Shown: positions 47,154 to 57,530, counted from the first letter of the stretch. The stretch is DNA of 64,000 nucleotides from Polyangiales bacterium (GCA_041389885.1 JAWKRB010000006.1:131101-195100); one strand, 5' to 3'. The notes: generated by a model not told the origin, from the letters alone. Translations and numbers: made by a program.

Positions 47154-49319
47154 GTGTCGTTTCGTCCTCGCTTGGTGTTGTTCGCCGCCCTCGCGGCGCT
47201 CATGAGCTGCTCAGACTCGTCTTCTCCCACCTGCTCGGAGCCTCGGCAGGCGTGCGGCGCGACGTGCGTTGACCTCTCGGTCGACCCGTCCAACTGCGGC
47301 GCTTGCGGCACCGCCTGCGGCGCTCGCTCGGTGTGCGTGGCGGGTCGGTGCCAGCTCAACTGCCCGACCGGCCAGCAGCAGTGCGGCATGACGTGCACCG
47401 ATGTCGCGACCGACCGCGCCAATTGCGGCGGCTGCGGCATGGCCTGCCCCTCGGGGCAGGTGTGCGCCAACGGCGCGTGCTCGCTCAGCTGCGGGAGCGG
47501 CCTCGCGACGTGCCTCCCGGGGTCGGGCGATTTCGACGCGTCGACCTCCGAGCCGTACTGCGCGAACACCCGCGTCGACCGCGCCAACTGCGGCTCCTGC
47601 GGCACCCGCTGCGACGTGGGCGAGTTCTGCGTGCAGGGGCGCTGCGTGCTCGTGTGCCCCGAGGGGCAGTCGAACTGCAGCGGTCGCTGCGTCGACCTCC
47701 AGACCGACTCGACCAACTGCGGCACCTGCCGAACGCCCTGCGGCACGGGCTTCACCTGCAACGGGGGCCGCTGCCGCTCGACGGCCTGCTCCGCCGGCGC
47801 GACCACCTGCAACGCGCAGTGCGTCGACCTGATGACCGACCCGTACAACTGCGGACGGTGCAGCTTTCCGTGCCTGAACGGGCAGGGCTGCCGCGCGGGC
47901 ATGTGCGTGCGGGTGTGCGCGCAGTCGCAGCTCACCTGCGGCGACGAGTGCGTCGAGGGACAGTCTGACGTGCGCAACTGCGGCGCCTGCGGCAACCGCT
48001 GCGCCGCGGGCACGGTGTGCCAGGCGGGGGCCTGCGTCACGCAGTGTCAGACCGGGCAGATGCTCTGCGGCGGGCAGTGCGTGAGCCTGAGCACCGACCG
48101 CGCCCACTGCGGCGGCTGCGGCATGGCCTGCCCGGGCTCTCAGGTGTGCACCGGCGGCATGTGCGCGGCGAGCTGCGCGACGGGGCAGACGCTCTGCGGG
48201 TCGACCTGCACGAACACCGACTTCGACCGCGGCAACTGCGGCGCGTGCGGCACGGCCTGCGCGGCCGGTCAGCTGTGCGCGGGCGGTCGCTGCGTCGCCG
48301 CGGCGCCGGTGGACGTGACCTGCGGCACGGGCCTCACGCTCTGCGGCGGCCTCTGCGCCGACACGCGCTCGAACAATCGGCACTGCGGCGCCTGCGGCAT
48401 GGCGTGCGCGTCGGACCGCACGTGCGTGAACGGCGCCTGCGTCGCGCCCTGTCCCGAGTCTCAGGGCCGCTGCGGCGGCACCTGCACGGCGCTGCAGAGC
48501 GATCGCATGAACTGCGGCGGCTGCGGCAACGTGTGCATCACGGGACAGAACTGCGTGAGCGGCACGTGCCAGTGCCCCGCGGGGCAGCAGATCTGCGGCA
48601 TGGCCTGCGCGAACGTGCTGAACGACGCCACGAACTGCGGCTCCTGCGGCAACCGCTGCGCCACCGGGCTCACGTGCTCGGCGGGTCGGTGCGTGATGAC
48701 GCCGACGACGCGGTACCAGCGCGCGGCGACGACGACGGGGATCACGTTCATCGACGCCTGCGCGGCCCCTGGGGCGCAGACGATCCTTGCCCTCGCGGAC
48801 GGCGCGTCGGCGCAGGTGCAGCTGCCCTTCCCGGTGCGCTTCTGGGCGACCGATGTCGGCGCGATGCAGATGGTGAACGTCGCGGCGTCGGGGTGGCTCA
48901 ACCTGCGCGGCGGCACCGAGAGCAACCGCACGGGGACCATTCCTTCGACGACGCTGCCCAACGGCGTGATCGCGCCGTACTGGCGCGACGCGCGCACCCG
49001 CAGCGGCGTCTGCGTGGCGACGGTGGGCACCGCGCCCAACCGCCGCTTCGTGGTCGAGTGGAACGACGCGGGGGAGATCACCACCGCCGACGGCGGCGCC
49101 GCGGTGCTCTCGTCGACGCACTACACCTACGAGGTGATCGTGTCGGAGGGGACCAACACCATCGACTTCGTCTACCAGCGCCTCGACGGCGTGCGGCAGG
49201 CGACCGTCGGGATGGAGAACATCACCGGCACCCCCGGGATCTCGGGATGCCCCGACCCCTCCGTGTACGCCTGCACGCCCTACCCTGGCTTCGTCGCCCG
49301 GTTTGAGCCGATCCCGTGA
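47154..49319 (+). CDS. cysteine-rich repeat lipoprotein (about 14 tandem approximately 38-aa repeats with NCGxCGxxC core) plus a conserved approximately 200-aa C-terminal domain
   Basis: Lipobox ALMSCS. Repeats of the form C-x4-6-C-x-x-C-x-D-x4-D-x-x-NCG-x-CG-x-x-C-x-x-G-x-x-C-x-x-G-x-C. The C-terminal domain is shared with the next gene and with the partial gene at 3..1370. Confidence 0.75.
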   Translation: MSFRPRLVLFAALAALMSCSDSSSPTCSEPRQACGATCVDLSVDPSNCGACGTACGARSVCVAGRCQLNCPTGQQQCGMTCTDVATDRANCGGCGMACPSGQVCANGACSLSCGSGLATCLPGSGDFDASTSEPYCANTRVDRANCGSCGTRCDVGEFCVQGRCVLVCPEGQSNCSGRCVDLQTDSTNCGTCRTPCGTGFTCNGGRCRSTACSAGATTCNAQCVDLMTDPYNCGRCSFPCLNGQGCRAGMCVRVCAQSQLTCGDECVEGQSDVRNCGACGNRCAAGTVCQAGACVTQCQTGQMLCGGQCVSLSTDRAHCGGCGMACPGSQVCTGGMCAASCATGQTLCGSTCTNTDFDRGNCGACGTACAAGQLCAGGRCVAAAPVDVTCGTGLTLCGGLCADTRSNNRHCGACGMACASDRTCVNGACVAPCPESQGRCGGTCTALQSDRMNCGGCGNVCITGQNCVSGTCQCPAGQQICGMACANVLNDATNCGSCGNRCATGLTCSAGRCVMTPTTRYQRAATTTGITFIDACAAPGAQTILALADGASAQVQLPFPVRFWATDVGAMQMVNVAASGWLNLRGGTESNRTGTIPSTTLPNGVIAPYWRDARTRSGVCVATVGTAPNRRFVVEWNDAGEITTADGGAAVLSSTHYTYEVIVSEGTNTIDFVYQRLDGVRQATVGMENITGTPGISGCPDPSVYACTPYPGFVARFEPIP

Positions 49320-49345
49320 CCCCCGCATCGAGCAAGAGCAAGACC

Positions 49346-51577
49346 ATGACGTCACCCCTTCACTTCTGGATTCGCCCATGCGCGCTCGCGCTGGCCGCGG
49401 CGTTCGCGGTCGGCTGCGAGGCCGAGGTCCGTCGCTTCGGCGGCGCGGACGCGAGCGCGACGCCCACCGACACCCCCGAGGGCAACGCGTCGTCCTGTGA
49501 CGGCGGTGAGGCGCTCTGTCGCGGCAACTGCGTCGACCTCTCGAGCGACCTGGCCAATTGCGGTCGCTGCGGCAACAGCTGCCAGGCGGGGTACGTCTGC
49601 ATCTCGGGTCAGTGCACCGTCGACTGCCCCAAGGGGCAGGTCCGCTGCGGCACCACCTGCGCGAACCTGATGACCTCGCAGGACAACTGCGGGACCTGCG
49701 GGAGTTCGTGCCCGAGCGGGAGCGTCTGCTCGGGCGGGCGCTGCGCCGTGGAGTGCGAGGCGCCCTACCTCGCGTGCGACTTCGTCGAGGCGCCGGCGGT
49801 GCGCGACGCGGGCGTGACCGACTCCGGCGTGCGCGACGCGGGCGTGACCGACTCCGGCGCGCGCGACGCGGGCGTGGCCGACTCCGGCGTGCGCGACGCG
49901 GGCGTGACCGACTCCGGCGCGCGCGACGCGGGCGCGGCCACGCTCCGCTACTGCGTCGACCCCTCCGTCGACGAGCGTAACTGCGGCGGCTGCGGCATGG
50001 CCTGCCCCTCGGGGCAGATCTGCCGCGACAGCACCTGCGTCCTGCAGTGCGGCCGATCGCAGACGATGTGCGGCAGCCGCTGCGTCGACACCGACAGCGA
50101 CGTGTCGAACTGCGGCGGCTGCGGCATGGCCTGCACCGACGCGCAGCGGTGCGTCTCGGGCACCTGCACGGGCACGAGCTGCCCCACCGGCACCACGCAG
50201 TGCGGCACGCAGTGCATCGACACCCGCTCTGACGCGCAGAACTGCGGCATGTGCGGCTCGGTCTGCGCGGCGCCTCAGTTCTGCCGCAACGGCGCCTGCG
50301 AGCTCGTGTGCCCCATGGGCCGCGCGGCGTGCGGCGGCCGCTGCGTCGACACGATGAACGACGGGCTGAATTGTGGGATGTGCGGCACGGCCTGCGGCGC
50401 TGGGCAGGTCTGCAACGCGGGCATGTGCACGCTGACCTGCCCCATGGGCTCGGCCGCGTGCGACGGCCGCTGCGTCGACCCCACCACCGACCGCGCGAAC
50501 TGCGGCGGCTGCGGCATGGCCTGCGGGGCCGGACAGGTCTGCACCGGCGGGCGCTGCGCGGGCGCGTGCGCCGCGGAGCAGACGCGCTGCCTCGCGGGCT
50601 GCACCAACACCGCGTTCGACCCCAACAACTGCGGCGAGTGCGGCTTCGTGTGCGGCGCCGGCTTCGGCTGCGTGGGCGGGGCCTGTCGCCCCCTCGCGGG
50701 CGTCGACGCGGGGGCGTGCGCGCCCCCGGCGGTGCTCTGCAACGGGAGCTGCATCGATCCCCGCAACGACAACGCCAACTGCGGCATGTGCGGCCGACGC
50801 TGCGGCGAAGACCGCACCTGCGCGGGCGGCGTCTGCGTCGAGGCCTGCGCGCCGGGCCAGGTGCGCTGCGGCAGCACCTGCTCGGTGATCGACAGCGACG
50901 GGATGAACTGCGGCGCGTGCGGCAACGCCTGCCCGGTGGGGCAGGTCTGCTACATGGCGATGTGCACCACCGCGCCGCCCGTGCGCTATCGCCGCGCGAC
51001 GAGCACGGCTGGGATCACCTTCTTCAACGCGTGTAGCGCGCCGGGGAGCCAGCGGGTGCTCGCGGGCTCTGACGACGGATCCGTGCGGGTGGCGATCCCC
51101 TTCGCCTTCAGGTTCTGGGCCGAGAACATCGCCGCCGGCGCGATGATGAACGTGACGTCCAACGGCTGGATCGGCGTGCCGCCGAACACCGCGGCGAGCC
51201 TCAGCGGGACCATCCCCTCGGTGAGCACTCCGAACGGCGTGCTCTCGCCGTACTGGACCGACAACTACAACCGCACCACGGGCCAGTGCATCGCGACCAC
51301 GGGGTCGGCGCCCTTCCGCCGCTGGGTGATGCAGGTGGATGACGCGGCGCACTGCTGCTCCACCGCGGCCGGCGTGAACAACACCTACGAGGTGGTGATC
51401 CACGAGAGCACCAACAACATCGACTTCATCTACCAGTCGATGACCGGCGCGCGAAACGCGACGGTGGGTCTCGAGAACCAGACCGGCACGATGGGCATCT
51501 CGGGCTGCCCGACGGCGACCTCGTACACCTGCACGCCGATGGCGAACTCGGTCGTTCGCTTCGAGCCCTCGCCCTGA
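49346..51577 (+). CDS. cysteine-rich repeat lipoprotein, paralog of the preceding gene, with a tandem RDAGVTDSG(V/A) insert
   Basis: Signal MTSPLHFWIRPCALALAAAFAVGC. Same NCGxCG repeat architecture and C-terminal domain as 47154..49319. The upstream stop overlaps the alternative GTG at 49316. Confidence 0.75.
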   Translation: MTSPLHFWIRPCALALAAAFAVGCEAEVRRFGGADASATPTDTPEGNASSCDGGEALCRGNCVDLSSDLANCGRCGNSCQAGYVCISGQCTVDCPKGQVRCGTTCANLMTSQDNCGTCGSSCPSGSVCSGGRCAVECEAPYLACDFVEAPAVRDAGVTDSGVRDAGVTDSGARDAGVADSGVRDAGVTDSGARDAGAATLRYCVDPSVDERNCGGCGMACPSGQICRDSTCVLQCGRSQTMCGSRCVDTDSDVSNCGGCGMACTDAQRCVSGTCTGTSCPTGTTQCGTQCIDTRSDAQNCGMCGSVCAAPQFCRNGACELVCPMGRAACGGRCVDTMNDGLNCGMCGTACGAGQVCNAGMCTLTCPMGSAACDGRCVDPTTDRANCGGCGMACGAGQVCTGGRCAGACAAEQTRCLAGCTNTAFDPNNCGECGFVCGAGFGCVGGACRPLAGVDAGACAPPAVLCNGSCIDPRNDNANCGMCGRRCGEDRTCAGGVCVEACAPGQVRCGSTCSVIDSDGMNCGACGNACPVGQVCYMAMCTTAPPVRYRRATSTAGITFFNACSAPGSQRVLAGSDDGSVRVAIPFAFRFWAENIAAGAMMNVTSNGWIGVPPNTAASLSGTIPSVSTPNGVLSPYWTDNYNRTTGQCIATTGSAPFRRWVMQVDDAAHCCSTAAGVNNTYEVVIHESTNNIDFIYQSMTGARNATVGLENQTGTMGISGCPTATSYTCTPMANSVVRFEPSP
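49798..49940 (+). repeat. about 4.5 copies of a 30-bp coding tandem repeat (gcgcgacgcgggcgtgaccgactccggcgt)
   Basis: Seen directly in the sequence. Encodes (V/A)RDAGV(T/A)DSG repeats inside the second cysteine-rich protein. Confidence 0.8.
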
Positions 51578-51618
51578 CACCCCTCGCGGCGCCCCGCCGC
51601 GCCCCCAGACCTCCCCCG

Positions 51619-52767
51619 ATGAACGCCGCGGTCTACGTGCATTTCCCGTGGTGCGTTCAGCGCTGCCCCTACTGCGACTTCGCCACGAGCGCCGCGCGAC
51701 CCGAGGCGATCCCTCACGCGCGCTACGCCGACGCGGTGATCGAGGAGCTCCGGCTCCGCGTGGAGGCGGCGGGAGGCCTCCGTCCCTCCACGCTCTTCTT
51801 CGGCGGCGGCACGCCCAGCCTGTGGTCCCACGAGGCGCTGGGGCGGGTCGTCGCCGCGGTGCGCGCGCTGGGACCCGTCGACGAGGTGACCGTCGAGTGC
51901 AACCCCACCAGCATCGACGCCGCGAGGGCGAGCGCGCTCTTCGACCTCGGCGTGACCCGGCTCTCGCTGGGGGTGCAGTCGCTGCGCGACGAGCACCTGC
52001 GCTACCTCGGTCGCCTCCACGACGCCGACGGCGCGCGCCGCGCGGTTCGCGCGGCCGTGGCGCACGGGGGCCTTCGGGTGAGCGCCGACTTCATGTTCGG
52101 AATGAACGGCCAGCAGACCCCCGCGCTGCTCGAGGACCTCAGCGAGCTCCTCGACCTCGGGATCGAGCACGTCTCGGCCTACATGCTCACCATCGAACCC
52201 GAGACCCGCTTCGGCGAGCTCGCCCGCAAGGGAAGGCTCCCGAGGCTCGCCGACGACGACGTCGCCGCGATGTACGAGTCCGTCGAGGCCCACCTCGAGG
52301 CCCGAGGGCTCGATCACTACGAGGTCTCGAACTACGCCCTCCCTGGGGCCGAGGCGCGGCACAACGTCGCGTACTGGCGGGGCGATCCCTACCTGGGTCT
52401 GGGGGCGGCCGCGGTGGGCTGTCTGCCCGAGCGGGAGGACCCTCTGCGCGCCTCGCGCTGGCGAAACGTCTACGACGTCGACGGCTACCTCGGCGCGCTC
52501 TCGGAGGCGAGGCTACCGCCGGAGGAGCGCGAGTCGCTCGACCCCGACACGCGGGCCCGGGAGGCGCTGCTGCTCGGCCTGCGGTCGACCGAAGGCGTCG
52601 ACCTCGCGAGGGTGCTGGCGCGCACGGGGGTCGACCTGCGGAGCAGCCGCGCGAGGGCGTCGCAGCGGGCGCTGTCGCGGGGGGATCTCGAGGAGGAGGG
52701 AGGGGTGTGGAGGATCCCCCGTCGGCGCTGGCTGCAGGCCGACGGCATCACCTCCGCGCTCTTCTGA
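51619..52767 (+). CDS. hemW: radical SAM haem chaperone HemW (HemN-like, oxygen-independent coproporphyrinogen oxidase family)
   Basis: Radical SAM CVQRCPYCDF motif. HemN C-terminal domain. Confidence 0.85.
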   Translation: MNAAVYVHFPWCVQRCPYCDFATSAARPEAIPHARYADAVIEELRLRVEAAGGLRPSTLFFGGGTPSLWSHEALGRVVAAVRALGPVDEVTVECNPTSIDAARASALFDLGVTRLSLGVQSLRDEHLRYLGRLHDADGARRAVRAAVAHGGLRVSADFMFGMNGQQTPALLEDLSELLDLGIEHVSAYMLTIEPETRFGELARKGRLPRLADDDVAAMYESVEAHLEARGLDHYEVSNYALPGAEARHNVAYWRGDPYLGLGAAAVGCLPEREDPLRASRWRNVYDVDGYLGALSEARLPPEERESLDPDTRAREALLLGLRSTEGVDLARVLARTGVDLRSSRARASQRALSRGDLEEEGGVWRIPRRRWLQADGITSALF

Positions 52768-52771
52768 GAGG

Positions 52772-55700
52772 CTACTGACGGGGGATGTTGTGCACCCGGG
52801 TCACCTCGTCGTCCGAGGGCGGAGGCGGGGGCGGGGGCTTCGAGCCGAAGAGCGAGTCGAGCGCGGAGAAGGGCGTCATGAGCAGACGCGCCACGCGCGC
52901 GACGCGCTTGGAGTGCGCGAGGTCGTCGAAGAACGAGTAGACGACCGGCGTCGCGATCAGGGTGAGCACGAGCGAGAGCGTCTGCCCGCCGATGATCACC
53001 GAGCTCATCGCGCGGTTGGTGCCCTGGCCCGCGCCCGTCGAGACCGCCAGCGGGACCATGCCCGCGACGAAGGCCAGGGTGGTCATGAGGATCGGTCGGA
53101 GCCGGTCTCGGTTGCCGATCATCACGGCGTCGGCGCGAGAGACGCCCCGACGTCGCAGGTCGCGCATATGGTCAACCTGGAGGATGGAGTTCTTCTTGAC
53201 GATGCCGAAGAGCACCAGGATGCCGAGGGTCGAGAAGATGTTCACCGACTGTCGGAGCACCACGAGGGAGAAGAGCGCGAAGGGCACCGACAGCGGGAGC
53301 GAGATCAGGATCGTGACGGGGTGGATCCAGCTCTCGAACTGCGCCGCCAGCACCAGGTACATGAACACCAGGGAGAGGATGAACGCGATCGCGAAGCTCT
53401 GGCCCGCGCGCCCCAGCTCCTTGGAGCGGCCGGCGAGCTCGGCGCCGAAGCCGGCGTCCATGTTCAGCGTCTCTCGCACCCGGTTGAACTCGGCGATGAC
53501 CGCGGCCTCCGAGGTGCCCGCGCGCACGTTGCAGTAGATCGTCACCATGCGCTGTCGGCCGAGGCGCTGGATGCTGCTGGGCCCCCGCGACTCGACGATC
53601 TCGACGAGCTCCGAGAGCCGCACCGAGCGCCCCGGGGTCATCGTGGGGATGGTCACGTTCTCGATCGCCGCCACGCGGTCGCGGGCGGTCTGGGTGGCGC
53701 GCACCCAGACCTCGTACTGCTCGCCGCCCTCGTTGTAGGTCGAGACCTGCAGGCCGCCCACGAGCATGCGCAGCGCGCTGGCGATGTCGAGCGCGCTGAC
53801 CCCGAGGTCGGCGGCGCGCGCGCGCCGCAGCCGCACCACCAGCTCGGGCTTGCCCGTGACCAGGGTGGTGTCGGCGTCGACCACGCCGGGGATGCGGCGC
53901 ACGCCCTGGAGCATGCGCTCGGCGTAGACCGCGAGGCGCTGCAGGTCGGGCCCCTTGAGCACGTACTGAATCGGCGCGCTGTCCGCCGCGCCGCCGCCGA
54001 AGACGTTCACGGGAGCGACGATGACGCGCAGGTGCTCGTTCGCGTACGCGGGGAGCACCTCGCGCCGCACGCGCTCCATCAGGGCCATCTGGTCGAGGGG
54101 ACGGGCGGTGGGGGGCACGAGGCGAACGAAGATGTTGGCCTGGTTCGGGCCGCGCCCGCTCGGGTCGCCGGGGGGCGACCCCGAGGTGGTGACGGTGTGG
54201 GCGACGCCGGGGAGGCGCCGCACGTCGCGCGCGATGCGCTCGGAGAGCAGCGCGGTCTGCTCGAGGGAGGTGCCCTCGGGCGCGCGGATGACCACGTCGA
54301 AGCGCGACTCGTCGTCGATGGGGAGGAAGTTCTTCTGCACGACCTTGCCCAGCGGGATCATCGCGAGGAACGTCAGCGCCATGAGTCCGCCGACGACCCA
54401 GCGGTGGCTCATGGACCACGCCAGGAGCCGAAGGTACGCGCGCTCGACGCGGCGGTAGAGCCCCCCGGCGACGTGGTCGGCGTGGTCGTGCTCCGGCGGG
54501 ATCACCCGGGTGCCGTCGCGCCACTGCGCGTAGGCGGCCTTCTCCGCGGGGCGCGGCTCGGGGGCCGGGTCTTGGAACTCGGCGTCGAACTCCTCCTCGG
54601 GCTCGTCGTGGAGCGGGTGCTTCGGGCGGGCCCTGCCGCTGGGCTTGATCCAGCGCGCGCTGAGCATCGGGGTCAGCGTGAACGACACCAACAGCGAGAC
54701 CGCGATGGCGAAGGACATGGTGTACCCGAAGGACTTCATGAAGCGGCCCACGATGCCGCCCATGAACGAAACCGGGAGGAACACCGCGATGAGCGAGAAG
54801 GTCGTCGCGAGCACCGCGAGGCCGATCTCTTTCGTCGCGAGGATCGCCGCGCGCCGCGGCGGCATGCCCTTCTCTTCGATGAAGCGGTAGATGTTCTCGA
54901 GCACCACGATGGCGTCGTCGATCACGATGCCGACGGCCAGGGTGAGCGCCAGGAGGGTGATGACGTTGAGCGTCAGCCCCATCGCCTTGACCAGCGCGAA
55001 GGTCGAGATGATCGACGTGGGGATCGCGAGGGCGGCGATGAGGGTCGATCGACCGTTCCAGAGGAAGAGCAGCACGACCAGCGCCGCGAGCATCCCGCCG
55101 AACACCAGGTGCTCTTGCACCGCGCCCACGGCGTTGCGAATGAACTCGCCCTCGTCGCGGACGATCTCCAGGGTGTACCCCGGCGGGAGCGTCGCGCGGA
55201 TCTCGGTGATGCGCTCCTTGAGGGCGTCGATGACCGCGAGGGTGTTCGTGCCCGACTGCTTGCGAACCGCGAGCACGACCACGCTCTCGCCGTTGAGCTG
55301 CGCGATGGAGCTGGGCTCGGCCTCGCTGTCTTCGGCGTTGCCCACGTCGCGCACGCGGATCGGGAGGCCGCCGCGCTGCGCGACCACGAGGTCGTTGAGC
55401 TCCCGCACCGACTCGACGCGGCCCTGCACCCGCAGCGTGTAGGTGCGGTCACCTTGGTCGACCTCGCCGCCGGGGATCTCGACGTTCTGCACCGCCAGCG
55501 TGCGCTGCACGTCGACCACGGTGAGCCCGAAGGACTGCAGCCGAGCGGGGTCGAGCACGATGTTGATCTGTCGGCGCATGCCCCCCTGCACGGTGACGCC
55601 GCCGACGCCGTTGAGGGACTCGATCTGCCGGCGCAGCCTGCGGTCGGCGTACTCGGTGACCTCGCGCATCGTGCGCGGGGCCCGCACGGCGGCCAGGAGC

Positions 55701-56116
55701 ACCGGCGCCGCGTCGGGGTCGGAGCGCTCGACGCGGGGCTGCTGAATGCCCTGCGGGAGCTGCGAGAGCGTTCGGTTCACGCGGTCGCGGACCTCCTGGG
55801 CGGCCACGGAGGTGTCTTTGTCGAGGTCGAAGCGCGCGATGACGACGCTGAGGCCCTCGTAGGAGACTGAGCGCAGCTCATCGAGGCCCGAGATCGAGTT
55901 GATCGACTCCTCGAGCTTGTCGCTGACCTCGGTCTCGACCTGCTCGGGCGAGGCGCCGGGGAGCACCGTGGTGACCAGCACCACGGGGAAATCGACGTTC
56001 GGAAAGCGGTCGACGCCGATGCCCCGGATGCTGGCGAAGCCCACCACCACCAGCGCGAGGATGAGCACCCATGTGAAGACGGGCCTGCGAACGCAGACCG
56101 CTGCGAGCCATTGCAT
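52772..56116 (-). CDS. RND-family efflux transporter permease (HAE1 / AcrB-like)
   Basis: 1114 aa with 12 TM helices and two large periplasmic loops. N-terminus MQWLAAVCVRRPVFTWVLILALVVVG is typical of AcrB. Carries a charged insertion (KPSGRARPKHPLHDEPEEEFDAEF...). Confidence 0.9.
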   Translation of the reverse strand: MQWLAAVCVRRPVFTWVLILALVVVGFASIRGIGVDRFPNVDFPVVLVTTVLPGASPEQVETEVSDKLEESINSISGLDELRSVSYEGLSVVIARFDLDKDTSVAAQEVRDRVNRTLSQLPQGIQQPRVERSDPDAAPVLLAAVRAPRTMREVTEYADRRLRRQIESLNGVGGVTVQGGMRRQINIVLDPARLQSFGLTVVDVQRTLAVQNVEIPGGEVDQGDRTYTLRVQGRVESVRELNDLVVAQRGGLPIRVRDVGNAEDSEAEPSSIAQLNGESVVVLAVRKQSGTNTLAVIDALKERITEIRATLPPGYTLEIVRDEGEFIRNAVGAVQEHLVFGGMLAALVVLLFLWNGRSTLIAALAIPTSIISTFALVKAMGLTLNVITLLALTLAVGIVIDDAIVVLENIYRFIEEKGMPPRRAAILATKEIGLAVLATTFSLIAVFLPVSFMGGIVGRFMKSFGYTMSFAIAVSLLVSFTLTPMLSARWIKPSGRARPKHPLHDEPEEEFDAEFQDPAPEPRPAEKAAYAQWRDGTRVIPPEHDHADHVAGGLYRRVERAYLRLLAWSMSHRWVVGGLMALTFLAMIPLGKVVQKNFLPIDDESRFDVVIRAPEGTSLEQTALLSERIARDVRRLPGVAHTVTTSGSPPGDPSGRGPNQANIFVRLVPPTARPLDQMALMERVRREVLPAYANEHLRVIVAPVNVFGGGAADSAPIQYVLKGPDLQRLAVYAERMLQGVRRIPGVVDADTTLVTGKPELVVRLRRARAADLGVSALDIASALRMLVGGLQVSTYNEGGEQYEVWVRATQTARDRVAAIENVTIPTMTPGRSVRLSELVEIVESRGPSSIQRLGRQRMVTIYCNVRAGTSEAAVIAEFNRVRETLNMDAGFGAELAGRSKELGRAGQSFAIAFILSLVFMYLVLAAQFESWIHPVTILISLPLSVPFALFSLVVLRQSVNIFSTLGILVLFGIVKKNSILQVDHMRDLRRRGVSRADAVMIGNRDRLRPILMTTLAFVAGMVPLAVSTGAGQGTNRAMSSVIIGGQTLSLVLTLIATPVVYSFFDDLAHSKRVARVARLLMTPFSALDSLFGSKPPPPPPPSDDEVTRVHNIPRQ

Positions 56117-56125
56117 CGAACGCTC

Positions 56126-57319
56126 CTACTGCTGAACCGCGGCGCCGTCTGAGAGGGAGTCGAGGCGCTCGATGGCGACGCGTTCGCCGGCGGAGACGCC
56201 GCGCTCGATGAGGACCTCGCGCTCGTCGCGGTCGGCGATGGTCACCACGCGCTCCGACACGCGGCCGTCGGCGATCACGAAGACCCGGTGCGCGCCCGCC
56301 TCGGAGCGGACCGCGCGCACCGGCACCGCCACCACCGAGCGCTGTGTGCCGAGGTTCACCCGCGCGGTGGCGAAGAGGCCGGGGCGAAGCGCGCCGTCGG
56401 CGTTGGGGATCATCGCCTCGGCGATGAGCGAGCGGGTGTCGGTGCGCACCGCCGCCGAGATGTAGCGCACCGTCGCGGGGAAGACCCGGTCGGGGAACGC
56501 GTCGACGCGGATCTCGACCGCCTGGTCGACCCTCACCGCGGCGAAGCGCTCCTGGGGGATCTGCATCTCGATGCGCAGCGGGTCGACGCGCACCAGGGTC
56601 ACCACCGCGCGCTGCGGCGAGACGAACTCGCCCACCGTCGCCATGCGCTCGGAGACCTCGCCCGAGAAGGGCGCGCGCACGATCGAGTCGGCCACGTTGC
56701 GCGCCGCCTGCGACGCGAGCTCGCGCGCCTGCTGGTACTGGTGGTACGCCGCGCGGGCGCCGTTCAGGGCCGCGCGCTGCTGGGCGTCGGCCGCCGCCGA
56801 CTGCGCCACGATGCGCTGGTACTCCGCGTCGCTCATCGAGCCGTGGCCGACGAGGGTCTGCGCGCGGCGCAGCGCGTCCGCGGCGGCCTCGGCGTTCGCC
56901 TGCGCGGCGCGCACCTCGGGGGTGTTCTCGGCGCGAAACGGCCCGCCGCCCTCGAGGCCCAGCCTCGCCCGCGCCGTGGCGAGGGAGGCCTGCGCCGCGG
57001 CGGCGCTGGTGCGGTAGTCGGTGTCGCGGAGGCGCACCAGGGGGTCACCCTCTCGCACCCGCGCCCCGCGCTCGACGTAGGTCTGCATGACCCGACCGCC
57101 GACGATGGGCGTCACCTGCGCCAGCTGGTCGGGCACCAGCGAGCCCGTCGCGAGGAGCACGTCGGGGATCTGCCGGGCCACCGCCGGCGCCGTGGCCACG
57201 CGGACGGGCGCGGCGGCCTGAGCGGGGCGGACCTCGGGCGCGGTTTCGGCTTTGTGGCATCCCGCCCAGAGGCCGAGCGAGAGCGCGAGGGCGGCGCGAG
57301 GGAGTGCGGGGGTCGTCAT
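56126..57319 (-). CDS. RND efflux periplasmic adaptor (membrane fusion protein, HlyD/AcrA family)
   Basis: Lipoprotein signal LSLGLWAGC. Coiled-coil hairpin, lipoyl and beta-barrel segments. Located directly upstream of the RND pump. Confidence 0.85.
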   Translation of the reverse strand: MTTPALPRAALALSLGLWAGCHKAETAPEVRPAQAAAPVRVATAPAVARQIPDVLLATGSLVPDQLAQVTPIVGGRVMQTYVERGARVREGDPLVRLRDTDYRTSAAAAQASLATARARLGLEGGGPFRAENTPEVRAAQANAEAAADALRRAQTLVGHGSMSDAEYQRIVAQSAAADAQQRAALNGARAAYHQYQQARELASQAARNVADSIVRAPFSGEVSERMATVGEFVSPQRAVVTLVRVDPLRIEMQIPQERFAAVRVDQAVEIRVDAFPDRVFPATVRYISAAVRTDTRSLIAEAMIPNADGALRPGLFATARVNLGTQRSVVAVPVRAVRSEAGAHRVFVIADGRVSERVVTIADRDEREVLIERGVSAGERVAIERLDSLSDGAAVQQ

Positions 57320-57530
57320 GGGGCGATCACTCAGGGTGCGACAGGGTGACGAGGGCCGGAGGGTCGACGCCTCAGGGCCATTGGATGCTACGTCCGAGCG
57401 CGGAGATCAATCGGGGTACGATATTTTCTCAGGTCGGGCCTCGACGGGCGGACCATAGTGGCCCAAAGTCTTTCGGGTAGGGAGCCTCGTGCGATTTTTT
57501 CGGCGAGCGTAGACCCCGACGACCCGAGGT

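Noticed and set aside
47211-51580. Minus-strand ORFs (722 and 742 aa) antisense to the cysteine-rich repeat genes
   Set aside because: The sense strand encodes regular NCGxCG repeats with signal peptides. The antisense strand gives an Ala/Arg/Gly-rich translation.
52790-55870. Plus-strand 1026-aa ORF over the RND permease
   Set aside because: Antisense artefact. The minus strand gives a canonical 12-TM AcrB-like protein.
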